A stretch of 63,973 nt of DNA, filler included, from Collodictyon triciliatum (taxonomy: Eukaryota): NCBI GenBank assembly GCA_043381765.1. It is 5 parts of 5 records of this genome, joined end to end, with 100 filler letters (N's around TTAATTAATTAA, not from the genome) between each part and the next. Parts side by side here need not be neighbours in the genome. Positions count along the whole stretch, not along the records: positions 1 to 18,136 come from JBHJMP010001397.1; positions 18,237 to 36,374 come from JBHJMP010001398.1; 3 more parts are not named here. The stretch is one strand, 5' to 3'. Below, piece by piece: positions 10,702 to 23,900 of this stretch; position 1 is the first letter of the stretch, and every line of letters begins with the position of its first letter. A program made the translations under genes and the position numbers. The notes beneath the pieces were generated by a model. That model was not told the DNA's origin. It worked only from the letters and a program-made list of their open reading frames with translations, and searched no databases.

Positions 10702-13484
10702 ATGGCATCCTCTGCTTACCCGATCATGAAGAAGGCCCGAAAACAGGTCATCAAACTATACATGAAATCCTCTATTCCCTGTCACTTTTATCTATTAACT
10801 ATATCTCTTCAAAAAAAAAGCGACGAGGTGAACAATCGTTTGGCCAATCTTTTTTTTCGGCAATAACTACATATACCAATATAACACCGACTGAATATTT
10901 TTTCTGATTTAATTCAGGTGGCCGATGATGGAAAAAAGACACAAAGTGTAATTAGCATGGACACTTACAATATCTGGTACGACCGACATCTATCATACGA
11001 ACGCGTGCACAGGTTTTTGATGAGATATCATGTCAATTTTTTAGTATACATATTTCTCTTACATTTTTCTATTCTCACGTCATACAATACTGTCATGTTG
11101 ATTTTAACAAAGATTACAAATCATGCGAAGGACTTTATTTGTTCCATAATTTGATAAATATATTTTATTTTATTCCGTTAAATACGTATCATCGGTTGTA
11201 GAACTGCAGCAACAACGCGCTGTAGTATTTCCAAGGATGCTGGTAGAACGAAGGGAGATGAAAATCCTGCTGCGTTTATATGCCTATACTTTGCTCGTGG
11301 ATGCTGCCAATGGGTAGTTAAATATATTAGTCCCACTTGCTTTAAGTATTTAACAAAAGGCAATATTATTTTATACATATATTTGGAAAAAAATAGGATA
11401 TCTATTCAAGATTCAGATAATCACTTAATCACAGGGACATGAATGTGTGTATTTACACCGGTTGCCAGACCAGGACTTTGAAAACAGACTTGGACTGATT
11501 CACGATATCTTTGGAAGAGATCGACACAGGTACTGCCTTTTATATATGTATTTACCATGTGTGCTACATAAGAAAAAAAAGGTACAGAAACCAAACCTTG
11601 TGATTTTCTTAATGTCGGATTAAAATTAATCATGCATTAAATAAAACAATGTATTGAACTGAACTTCCTGTATACATTTATTTCAATAAGAGCTTACTCT
11701 TTTCTATCATCTTCTTTTGATGCATATTATGACGAATCGCCAAACATAAACAGCACAGACAGAGATGATATGGGAGGTGTGGGGACATTTAATCGGGACA
11801 ATCGTACGCTGTATATCGGAGGCATCAGGATAAGCAAAGGAATAGAAGATATCTTAAAGCAACACTTTTCAGAATGGGGGGAAGTAGAATATGGTTTGTT
11901 TCAATTTCAAATTTCAACTCTCATCAAAAGCTAAAATTTTACAATATTTATTTTATACAGAATATCGATAATCATTTATCCAAATAAATTCGCACACATA
12001 ATTGGAGGGCTTTCAAATAGAATTAATCGAGTGTATATGGACTGAATAAATAGTTCGAGTGCTTGTAACCAGAAATTGTGGATTTGTTCGCTATACACTG
12101 AGGTCATCCGCTGAGTTTGCGAAGGAAGCTATGAGTGACCAATCGCTCAACCACAAAGAAGTACCAAATTACATTTTTAAATTGCATAATCACATGTTTT
12201 GCGGTGAATCACTGGTCTTGAATTGCTTTCATGTTATACATAAAGCACTGATGCATACCTCAATTTTTCAATAAATAAATAAATTTAAATAAAATCGTCT
12301 AACCTCGCATAATTCTTTAGATGCTTAATGTACGCTGGGCGACTGAGGTATATCTTAACAAAATCGCTATTGATGCATTATCAGAAAAAGAAAGAAAGAA
12401 ATTGCTCGAATCCAGGACTTTGTGATTGTGTATCATGTTTAAATAAAAAAACTTTGAATCAAACAAAGGAAAAAATAAAATAAAAACACGGGGAAATATA
12501 AATAAATCGGTATAAGTATGTTCAATTTTCCAGGACCCCAATCCTGCAGTGAAGAAAAGAATCCGAGAGCAAAACGAGGACAAATTTCAGGAGGCTTACG
12601 AACGCATTATGCCTGAAGCTGCAGAGTTTCAGAGATGGCAAGAAAGTGGGGGTCTCTATGGGGAAGACGGAAATCCATACATTCCCCCGAACCCCAATGC
12701 AAAGTCGCCTGGGCCACTCCAAAGACCTACATCAGCGGACGAGAACCAAGTAACCGACCCAGAGGAACGACGCCGAATTCACGAAGCCTGGCAACAATAC
12801 TACGATTACCAAATTGCACTATCAATCCAACAGGAATGCGGCGAATTCGCGTCGCACAGTGGCGCTTATACTGGCGATGCAAAAGAGGCAGAAACAGCGC
12901 CTATAATCGCGACGACCAACACTCTGACTCCAAACGCAGAATCGGTGGTAAATGAGGCAGATTGTTCTTATAAAGAGTGGACACCTGAAGCATACGCTGC
13001 GTATTACCAACAATACTATGAGTATTACCAATACTCAGGCAGTCAGTATGCAACAGACAACTACCAACAATCAAATACAGATGCTTACAATACACAAAGC
13101 CTGGCCGCATACTACGCTCCACAACAAGGTTATTACCCACAAACCAACTCGATGGCTCCCTTACAAGTCTATCCTTTGGAACTGGTATCTGGAAAAGCTG
13201 AAGCAATTTGTGGAGAAAACATAGGTGGCGCATATGGAAGCTCAGCTGTGTCTGCGACTTCTGCCGAACTAAATGGGCAAGCAGAGGTTAGAGAGGATAA
13301 TACTACTGTCTCGTCCATTCCTGTGCAATCCGAGGAGCAGGCGTATGGACCGTCAATCACCACAGAACCACATCAAATAGACAGCCAAAACACCAACCAT
13401 ACGAAAAAAGAAGGGGCTAATAGTCAGGAGACGGAATCAAATGACTCAGAAGTAACACTTACTGATGATGAAGCAGAGAACTAA
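10702..13484 (+). CDS. CWC2: Pre-mRNA splicing factor Cwc2/Cwf2 (CCCH zinc finger + RRM)
   Basis: Spliced exons give YNIWYD, DAGRTKGD...ICLYFARGCC..GHECVYLHRLP, DIFGRDRH..DRDDMGGVGTF...TLYIGGI, CGFVRY...SAEFAKEAMSDQSL and LNVRWATEDPNP. Confidence 0.92.
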
Positions 13485-14499
13485 GAGAAGAGATGATTCA
13501 CTTTTAACAATTTTTTCTATCACTATATAAAAACATTTTTTTTTGGATACATCTGTTGGTTTTAGTATTGTCCGACATAATTCCTAGAGTTTGCGACGAT
13601 AAGTTTGATAATGTATGAGTCTGATTATTTCCTTAGTTTCCTTTTCTTTTCTGTCCTTTTTTCTTTTTTCTCTTTTCTTATTTTTCGTTCTCTTTTTCTT
13701 TTTCTTTTTCCTCTTTTCTTATTTTTCGTTCTCCCTCTTAACTGTTTAGTATGCAGGAATCTGTTATAATCGCCTCACAGCCTAGCAATATCGTGATAAT
13801 CCTTCTGTCGCAAAAGTGCGCGCTGATGTTTGTGATTGACCATGCTTGAGCAATGGAATGCCCGCCTCTTAATTTTGGACAAAAGCTCTCTCAAATTAAT
13901 ATCTATTCATATTTTATTGATTATTTGTATATAATAATATGAACTACAGCTATTAAGAGCATTTAAAAAGCTTATATTATCTTTTCCAATTTTAATTTTA
14001 CATAGAATATATACTAAAATGGATAACCCCTCGTATCCATAGCAAAATCGCTATTTTTTCGAAATACTTGGCAAAGCATAAAGGCTTCAGTCGCAAACCG
14101 ACTCGCAATTATCGCCCCGCAAGAAACATACACGGCGCCTTCCTGATAATACTTTTACACAACTGCTTGCGGCTTTGTTGCTGCTTCACCGACGAGCCTA
14201 GAGACCTTTCAATTCGCATCAGTCTTATGATATTTTATCATCTGGTCAATGAGGATACCGAAACAATTAGAGCTTTCATTTCGTTAGAGTACCGGCGTCC
14301 TGATCACAAGTCGGACTAAAAAAAGAAAGAACAAAACAAAACAAAACAAAACAAAACAGCTGGCGCTGGATTGATTAGCTCACTAGATGTGAAGCCCTTT
14401 TTTTCCAATAAAAAGAAAGTAAGAAAAGTACCATCCCTTAAGATGGCAGTACCACCAAGTGTTTTTTTCAGCATATATTTTGGAATAGCTCTCAGGAAA

Positions 14500-17400
14500 A
14501 TGATGCGCCTGTTGATTGCGTTTCTGTGCGTAGCCGGAGCCGCAATTGCCCACCCCGGATTCTCTACTCAGGTATATTGTTTTACCCTGTCTTTCCCAAA
14601 TCACCCAAAGACAATACCATCTCAACGACGTTATTACATGGCTTAGTTTCTTTCTTTTTTTGGTTCATAAGGGCGGTTTGTGAGTTTCACGAAAACCCTA
14701 ATGCATCTTTTGCGATGATTCTATTTAAAAAGTGTTTTTTCTCTGTCATATCACCGCACACATAATAAATACAATCACATATTATAATGCGTTGTGGCAT
14801 AGAGAACTTGGGTTGCTCTTTACGATGTCCCACAAGATACCCTGGATAAGCTTATTCCTGTCGTGGACATCCGTGACACCCATAAGGGAATCACACTTTC
14901 TGTTCTCAATCAATGTAGCTGAATCGTTTAAATTTTCATTGTATATGTATACTTATATATGTAGACCGCAAAGAGGAACGCATACTAAAATTGACATTCT
15001 TCAATTTGAGTTCTTGTATTTTTAACTTTTATCTGAATACTTGATGATTCATGCATGGGTTTCATAAATAATGAAATGCAGTGGAACTCTTGGTTGTTGC
15101 TGCTGCTGTACCCGCATATGAAATCCTGGAGGTCTACAGCGAGAAACGTCCCCTATTTATCGTGGATGTTCCTTCCGAATATCAGATTTCTGACTATGCA
15201 TTTCGCAAGGCTGCTGTTGCTGTTAGTTCTCTTAATTTTTATTGTGCCATATTCTTGACAATTTTTTTGCATAATCAGTATATTTGAGTCTTTGTTTATT
15301 ATTGATAAATTAAGATAAATACACGATTTCCCTATGAAATGTGCGTAATAAAGGCATCCGGCAAGCTGATCTTGTTCAATGAAAAAATTGCCATCATAGA
15401 AACTGAAGAAGATAAAGGGGAGCTGGTATCTATCTTCATCGACTCAAAAATTATACCCATTCATTTGAACCCGTTCATGCCAATACATGATATTCCATCT
15501 TTTTTAAAAGATAATAATGATAATAATCCGATGCATTCTTTTCAATTAGTTGGAATCTTCTCTACCTTTCCCAACTGAGTTAATTCCAGTTGCGCGCTCG
15601 GGTGTGTCAATTCCCGCCACTAAGGAAAAGAGTCCTTTGGCTATTGCTTCCAAGCCCCTTAGTCCCTCAGTAAATCCATTCATAATACCTACAGTTATAT
15701 TGTTGTTATATTCAAAAGTGGCAATCTGAACATGCTCATTTCAAGTCTCGTGTTGCTAAAACTTTTTCATGGAAATTTGTAGTCGGTTGTCCAGAAAATG
15801 ATTGATTCTGTCAAGCAAGAGAATCTGTACACGGTTATGGAGCAGCTGTCGAATGACTTTTATACTCGTCAGGCGCAATCATCTGGCGCTTATGATGCAT
15901 CAGCCTGGATTGGTCGCATGTAAATATGTTGATTACATTCCTACTACTCATTAACTTGCTTCTTGTACCTTTTTCTTGCTGGGATTGTATAATGTTTTAA
16001 CACCAAATGCCTGAACAATACCCGCCAATCATATTTTCTAGAAAAAAAATCACTTTGAATCGAATAAACGGAAAAACAAACAAAATGACTCACATAGTGA
16101 TATAATAGTTTTAAAAGCATATTCAACTATCTTTTTATGTGTATTCCCTATAAAAGCTACTCGAGCCTGGGATACTCTGTTTCGACTCATACGTTCCGCA
16201 GTGGATACGCACCAAATATCATCGCTGAACTTCGTGGCTCTGTTGAGCCGGAGAAATATCTGATCATCGGGGCCCACTTTGATGACAGGTTAAGATATCA
16301 TAGTTGATTACTCCCGTCTGGACTATAATACTATTCTTTCATATATTTTTTTTTTAAAAAAAATAATTAAACAGAATGACGAATGCTTATGATGTCTCCT
16401 CTCGTGCCCCTGGTGCTGATGATGATGGCTCTGGAACCACGGCTATTCTTGAGATTGCTCGCGTTCTCGCTGAAAGGTTCGCCTCATAATATTTTACATA
16501 AAAAGATAAATCCTATTTCTACTCGAGTACTTTTTCTCTCGCATATATTTGGAAATCCTGACGTGATTCTTTTTTTTTCGATATAAAGTGGCTTCCGCTT
16601 CCGCTTTTCTATTCGCATTTGCAGCTGGGGAGGCGAGGAGCAGGTATTTTTCGTTTATATATATTTTTGGTGAAACTCTGGCTAAAGATTGCAAAAAGGT
16701 TTCAAGTGGACTTTAGATTTCATGAAAGCATTACACACCTATATTACTTTATAGATGCTTGAAGTTTTCCCTATGAAAAGACATTCTAATTTCCCTGCCG
16801 TCTAATTCAGGGTCTTTACGGTTCTACCGCATATGTCGCAGACTTGAAGGCCAGTGGTGTTGATGTGGTCGCCTACTTGAACGGTAATTTTTTTAAATAT
16901 GTTTCGGTTTTATGGAATGTAATACTTTTCTTCTTTCCTTGTTCCTCTACTTTCTCTACTTTCTCTACTTTCTCTACTTTCTCTACTTTCTCTACTTTCT
17001 CTACTTTCTCTACTTTCTCTACTTTCTCTACTTTCTCTACTTTCTCTACTTTCTCTACTCTTCTTTTGCAGTATTGTGTTTGTAGCTCGGCCCTAATTAG
17101 AACAACCCAAACACGTAGCGGACATGCTTGGATGGAAGATTCCGAGCAAGCCTATCACCCTTGGCATGAAGGTTAAAAATAAGCAATCGCCTAGCCCCAT
17201 CATTCCCTCCTCTTTCCCTTTCAAGCACAACTGCAAGTGTCTACTGTTTTCTTTTCCCCTCAAAGAACACGAAATCGGGGCAATAACAACTGCATCTACT
17301 CTACGCCACAGGGTCCTTACACCACCACCTGGCTGAATGACATCGTGAACGGAATCACCGCCACATACTTCCCTGTAAGACGAGCAAATAAACACCCACG

Positions 17401-17761
17401 AATCACGCGATATTGTATCTTCTCACCACCCAAACAAACAGACTCTTCCTATCGGCGTCAGCAACAGCTGCTGCTCAGACTTCAAGCCTTTCTACGAGGC
17501 CGGCTATCCTGGTTAGAATTCAAATCGGCACAACTTCATCACGTCGCAATATTCATTCATATATCATATGATCATTCTCTGCTGAAAACACGCACGGTGG
17601 ACCACACAGCGATGGGCTTCTTTGAGAACGACGAAGGCGCATCGTCCTATCCCTGCTATCACAACATCTGCGACACGCCGAGTCAGGTCAACATGGAGCA
17701 GCTGACCACCTTCACAAAGGTCATGCTGGCCTCCACTGCAACTCTCGCCGAGCCGCAATAA
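14500..17761 (+). CDS. Secreted M28-family zinc aminopeptidase (leucine aminopeptidase-like), multi-exon
   Basis: Signal peptide MMRLLIAFLCVAGAAIA. Motifs IIGAHFDD, PGADDDGSGT, GEEQGLYGS, LNADMLG and YPCYHNICDT supply all five zinc ligands. Confidence 0.88.
16945..17060 (+). repeat. (TTCTCTACT)n 9-mer tandem repeat, intronic
   Basis: About 12 perfect copies inside an M28 intron. Confidence 0.9.
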
Positions 17762-18136
17762 ACACCTCTCAAGAGAAGTTGGCAACTACCTTCTTCCTAG
17801 AAACAAAAAGAAAAAAAAGAAGCCATGAAAGAAAAGTATAAAACTATATATCATGCTACAGCTAATCACCCAGGACATATGCCTACTTTTGTTGCACTCG
17901 GCTTGCCATGCAAGATGAGTGGCGTAGACACAAAACTAGAAATGAAAGGAAGAAAAAATGGACACTTAATCATAGAACAAAGTAGAAAGAATGTCGGAAA
18001 ATACGGGTCATGGTCTCTGATGCAGTGCGCTCTCGAAGAGGCTCTTCCAGTGATGCAAACTATAGGCAGATGAAGCGCCTGCTTCAGAAGGGGACTTCTT
18101 TGTTATTTATCCCGTATGGAGCACAAAAAGAAAGCG

Positions 18137-18236
18137 NNNNNNNNNNNNNNNNNNNNNNNNNNNNNNNNNNNNNNNNNNNNTTAATTAATTAANNNNNNNN
18201 NNNNNNNNNNNNNNNNNNNNNNNNNNNNNNNNNNNN
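18137..18236. other. Artificial contig-joining linker (44 N + TTAATTAATTAA + 44 N)
   Basis: The same 100-nt structure occurs four times. The 12-mer gives stops in all six frames. Confidence 0.95.

Positions 18237-18333
<97 letters not shown>
18237..18333 (+). repeat. (TTG)n microsatellite at contig start
   Basis: Directly visible. Confidence 0.95.
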
Positions 18334-18363
18334 GAAGATGACTTCCAAATACCAAAATTGTAG

Positions 18364-20023
18364 GCATTGTTTTTGAGTCATTCCAAGGAGAATTAAAGAT
18401 AACGACAGAGAAGCTGAAACAGTCAACTGATGGTGGAAAAGACGAAAGTATGGATGCAGAAGATGCCAAGAAAATCGGAGAAGACTCTACTGCTGATGGT
18501 GACACAGAAATTACTGAAGAAAAGAAACCGTTCTTGTAAGTTGAGAGTTGTTAGCATCGTCTTTGTTCTATTGTCATTCATAGCTTCAATCATTCAATTC
18601 TCGTGTCGATGCACTCTCATTCTATCTTTCTTTGCCAGGTTCCTCTCTCTTGACATCCCACCTCCGCCCCTGTTCAAGGATGAACTTGAACGCAACGTTA
18701 TACCAAACGTAATATTCTAATACTATGGTGTATCGTAGAAAGAGTGATTGTGACTATTGTTCTGTTCTCATTTTGGTTCGATTTGTTTTGTTGCAATTTA
18801 GCCCACTATCATTTTTATACGCTTTTGAAGTAATCACCGTTGTCAATATACCAAAGGGATGAACTTTTATTTACAACATCGCCATTAATTCTTCAAAGGT
18901 ATAATTATGATGATTATATAGGTTCCTTTGTTTGTCTGTCTAGAGAAATTTGATGGGAAAACAACAGAGGTAACCTCGCAGCAAAATAACTTCACTTCGC
19001 CCAACAATCCAACAGGCATACAAAAAAGAAAATTGACGAATACGTTAACTTGAATCTCCACTGAATGACTGGCATTCCACTTTCTAGATTACTATGAACA
19101 GAGAAAAGAAAAAATACGTTTTGACGAAGCTTCCGAAATACCTCATACTTCACTTGAAAAGATTCAAGAAAAACAATTGGTTTATGGTGAATGAATGAAA
19201 AAAAATCATATATTTTTTAAACTCGTGCTTTCGATAGCCAGGCATAATGTAAATGAGGATAACATTACGTTTGCAAATGAGCATTAAATCTATATCGTTT
19301 AGTCTGAGCATAATACCCTTTGAATATACAGGAGAAAAATCCCACGATTGTGACATTCCCAGTGAAGAATCTCGAAATGAAAGATTGTATCCCTTGTCCC
19401 TTCTTTCTTTCTTTTTTTCATGAATAATATTTAAAATAGTCACATAGGAATCATGAGCAATAGAATTTACTTATTTCTCTGAAATATTGATATTTATTCA
19501 CTCACTCATTAATCCCGAATCTCTGATTCTTCAAAACATAAAACACCCTTAACAAAATGTTTCAGACGTTTCGCCTGAAGCCCTAGCAGCCAACCCCGAG
19601 ACGAAATACGACCTGCTTGGTAGTTGGACAACATGGATTTAGAAAGAAAGAAAAAAAGGAACCGATTGCATTCATACATGATCATATATTCATACTTGTC
19701 ACATACCATGTAGCGAGCATTTGCCATGAGGGTCTTCCAGGGAAGGGAAACTATCACGTCCACATCTACAGCAAGGTATGGCCCAACAATATATCTTCTT
19801 ATTTGTGAGATTATCACGTGTAGATGTCCACTCTTGGCAATATAATTACCCTGTAATGTAACCTGATAAGAAAATCGTTATATAAGAAATAACTCAAAAC
19901 GCGGATATATTATAGCCGCATGACCAATGGTTTGACCTTCGCGATTTGATATGCACTGAGGTGTTGCCCCAACTGATTACACTTTCGGAAGCCTACGTCC
20001 AGATATATGAAAGGAAGGCGTAG
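18364..20023 (+). CDS. USP39: U4/U6.U5 tri-snRNP-associated protein USP39/Sad1, 3' part (5' end lost at contig edge)
   Basis: Exons give FLSLDIPPPPLFKDELERNVIPNVPL, KLPKYLILHLKRFKKNNWFMEKNPTIVTFP, YDLLASICHEG..GKGNYHVHI and EVLPQLITLSEAYVQIYERKA*. Confidence 0.9.
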
Positions 20024-20694
20024 AACAAAGTCGGCGAGAGATAAAACTATCCAAGGAATCTAGACTCCAATTTGACTTTGTCTTTGTGCCTTGCGGTTGT
20101 CGCCGCGGATCGCAGTGTTTTCTTTTCTTTTTCTTTTTTTTTCTCCTAACTGAAAGGAAATTGGCGCTGCAAACAATAAAATACCCCACATTTGGTATAA
20201 TAATTATTTCTGGAATATATTATTATTTGTCATTTTATGGCATTTTTTGAATGAAGTAAGAATAGTGAATATCGAATAAGACAAATAATATATGGTTAAC
20301 ATACTTGAAATTCTAGTGACGAACATGCGTGACTGAGAGACAAATGTATATGACGTACTTACACCGGTGGCCAACTAATAGACGACCAGATTCCATCTAT
20401 AGAAGTTTGCAACTTCCTTTTTCTATAAAGCCACAAAAGCCACAGGTGCAGCTGACTTTGCTAACCGGAGCTATTATCACGCTACAGTGCACCAAGTCCA
20501 TAGCGCAGAGCCCCTACGTCACCTGGCTTGCATCTGCTACGCATTGCGCATACGAAAGACACAAGCAAACTGCCTGTAGATAAAGAGCGACAGAATTTCT
20601 GGTTCTTCATAGATTATCCGCGTCAGATTATTTGGACTTTGGAATCAGTGCCACGCAGCAGATCAGAACACAAGTGAAAACAAGGAGAGAAAAA

Positions 20695-20760
20695 GACAAA
20701 GACAAAGACAAAGACAAAGACAAAGACAAAGACAAAGACAAAGACAAAGACAAAGACAAA
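20695..20760 (+). repeat. (GACAAA)n microsatellite upstream of the desaturase gene
   Basis: Directly visible. Confidence 0.9.
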
Positions 20761-20986
20761 GAAAGAGTGATCAATGAACCGGCGCCGCCAACAAACAGCG
20801 CCGCCAACAAGCAGCGTCGCAGACACAGAACAACAACCAGAGACACAGCAGCAGAACGAGGCAACCCACACAAACTGAGAAACAAGCAAAAGACAAAGAA
20901 ACACCAAGAAAGACAGGGCAAATTAGGAGATACTTTAGACGAGACAAACCAACAAGCACTGACCCGCCCAACCCACGCCAGCACAC

Positions 20987-23900
20987 ATGCCCGACACAGT
21001 ACCCTCCAACAAGAGCGCCAAGCGCGGCACACGCAGCCTCCGCAAACTGGACCCGAAGCAGCTGCAGCTCCGCCCCGACGCCCCAAAAGGCGCATACCCA
21101 ACCACCCGCGTCGAAGCCCTCCCTGCAGACATCTCCATGGAGGATCTCTTCAACGTGCTGCCCAAAGAGGTATGGCCGCTCCCCTGCTCCCTAATAACTG
21201 CTTCGCCAACAGCAACAGCAACAGCAGCCGCACCAACACCCTCCATACCCCACGTACCGCACCAACCCTCTCTGTATCATGCGTACCGTACCGCCCACAG
21301 GTCTTTGAGCGCAGCAACCTCAAGGCCTTCGGGCAGCTGCTTCTGTCGCTGGCCGGGTGCGGCGTGGGGCTGTATCTGCTGACGGTGCTGCCGTGGTTCC
21401 TGCTGCCGGTCGGGTGGATCTTTGTGGGGACTGCGGCCACGGGGCTGTTTATCATCGGCCACGACTGCGGCCACGATGCGTTTTTTCCTTCTCATGTGGC
21501 TAACGAGGCCATCGGGTTCCTCTGCCACGTCGCCCTGCTCTACCCGTTTGCCTCCTGGAAGGCCCAGCACGATGCCCACCACGCCAACGTCCGCAAGTAT
21601 GCCCCCCGCCCCACCCTCGTCATTCTGCGCTTGGCCGATCAGGCGTCTCTGACCTCTTTCTCTGCTCTTCCTCGCCCAGTGCCACCTATGCTCACCGTCT
21701 CCATCATAGCCTCCAGAAAGACAATGCCTGGAAGCCCGTGCAAGCATACCAGTTTCATCAGTACGGTACTGCCAAGCGCGTCCTTACCCGCCTGATCCAC
21801 GGGCCCTTCTGGTTCTTTGGTTCCATCTTCCACTGGTTTGTCCATCTGTCATTCGACGGCTGCGGCTAGAATGCACACATACACGAATACATCACACACA
21901 CATACCTCATATGAATGCAAATTGGGGGCACCACGTCCTTGATCCGACAGCCGAACCAACGAAGCCCTGCATCAATCAGGTTCAAGTTCAACTTCGACCC
22001 GGAGCGCTTCCCGCTGCCACTGCGCGGACAGATCCTGTTCAACCTGAATGCGATGTATCTGCTTGCTGGCGGGGCCTTTGGAGGTGCCTACTACATGTTT
22101 GGCTTGTGGCCCATCATCAAGTACTGGGGACTGCCCTGGCTTGTCTTCCACTTCTGGCTATCGTCCTTGTCCCTCGCCCAGCACGGCAACCCGCACATTC
22201 CCTTCCTCCACAACGACCACTGGGAAGAGGCCTTGGCCAAGGTCACGCTGATGCCCCACATGAGACTCCCAGCCATGTATGTATTGTCTGCCACCATCCC
22301 ATCAGTATTCTCCCACATTTTTTCTCTAAAAAGAGATATGCTGGGCTCCTCATAAGTTGTCTCCAGGCTGTTATATGTGCTTATGTTCACTTTCAGGCTC
22401 ATATCTTTCCATTCATTTGTTCTAGCCTGGAGCTGTTCTTCCATAATGTCAACTACTCTGTGCCGCACTACATATGTCCGAGCATTCCTTTGTATAACTT
22501 GAAGAAGGCCAATGCTGCTGTCAAGGCCAAGTACGGGCGCTACATGACTGAGTCCAACTTTGGAGTCTCGCTCATCCTCTATATTCTGACCAATTGCCAG
22601 CTGTAAGTGGCTGTTCCCTTTGATATACCAATCATATGCATCCTTTCTCTTTTTTTCTTCTCTTTCAACGTGATACCGACATGTATCAATATTATTTATT
22701 GAAATGTTTCTGCGACAATATCAGCCTGTTCTATTCGAAATGGTTGCAATTCATGAGCCTATCTTGACACGCCACGATATCCTGTATAGGTATGACCCAG
22801 AAACAAACTACCGTACATTCAAGAGCGTCATGGATACCAGCGTTCTCGAGGAAAACATCTCTGGTGTGATTCCCCAGGTGGAGAGTCTACGCGACATCTT
22901 CTTCCGCCTGAACTGGCTACACATCCCCATCCTTACCATCCCTCCTGCACTTGGCATCTACGGTCTTATCTATGTCCCTCTGCAATACAAGACCTTTGTG
23001 TGGTCCTTTATCTATTACATGTGCACTGGTCTCGGCATCACTGCTGGTATGTAATCAGCACAAAATTTATATAACTTATCACTCTTTCTCTATTCAAACA
23101 AATTTAGCTGCATTCTTAATTGGTTCGAATATTATGTCGAGAAAAGGTGATCATGCGTTCATATCTTGCGCACTCCAAGGTGAACACACTCTAATTCCAC
23201 ACGCCCTTCTCCGTCCAGGTTACCATCGCCTGTGGGCTCACCGTGCATATGATGCTGCATTCCCAGTCCGCCTGGTGCTGTGCCTGTTTGGTGCCGGCGC
23301 CATGGAGGGAAGCATCCGCTGGTGGTCGCGTGACCATCGTGCCCACCACCGATACACTGACACCCCCAAAGATCCTTACAGCGCCTCTGAAGGATTCTTC
23401 TATGCCCACATCGGCTGGATGCTGCTGAAGCAGGACCCCACAAAGATTGGTCGCCACGACATCTCCGACCTCAATAAGAGTGCCCTCGTCAGATGGCAGC
23501 ATAGACACTACCTCCCAATTGCCGTCTTCATGGCGTTCATCTTCCCTACCATCGTCGCTGGTCTCGGATGGGGTGACTACAAGGTTCGCTTTTCTGCCTG
23601 GAGGGCATACGCTCTTTCATCCATTTTCAAGTGGTCATGTTTCTTGGCAAATGCATGTTGTTGATAACTCTATTTATTATCTTTTATTTTATTCTATTGT
23701 TCTCATTTGTATCTTGGGTCTTTCACAGGGAGGATTCTTTTTCGCTGCGATGTGTCGCCTGGTCCTTGTTCACCACGCTACATTCTTTGTCAACAGCCTT
23801 GCCCACTACCTGGGTGAAGCCACTTACGCTGACGAACACACTCCCCGGTATAGTATACGACACCTACCACAAGAGATTCACACGTTCCCTGCCCCATCTG

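Noticed and set aside
16945-17060. Regular short repeats as a possible CRISPR-like or telomeric array
   Set aside because: There are no spacers, the repeats are intronic, and many unrelated units occur across the window. These are ordinary simple repeats.
18181-18505. PolyQ and polyN ORFs, and likewise the polyY, polyI and polyL ORFs near 37900, 41000 and 52450
   Set aside because: They are translations of intronic microsatellites.
20632-21795. 387-aa ORF with a KDKDKD N-terminus fused to a desaturase
   Set aside because: It reads through a (GACAAA)n repeat, the 5' region and introns. The spliced model from ATG 20987 explains the desaturase part better.
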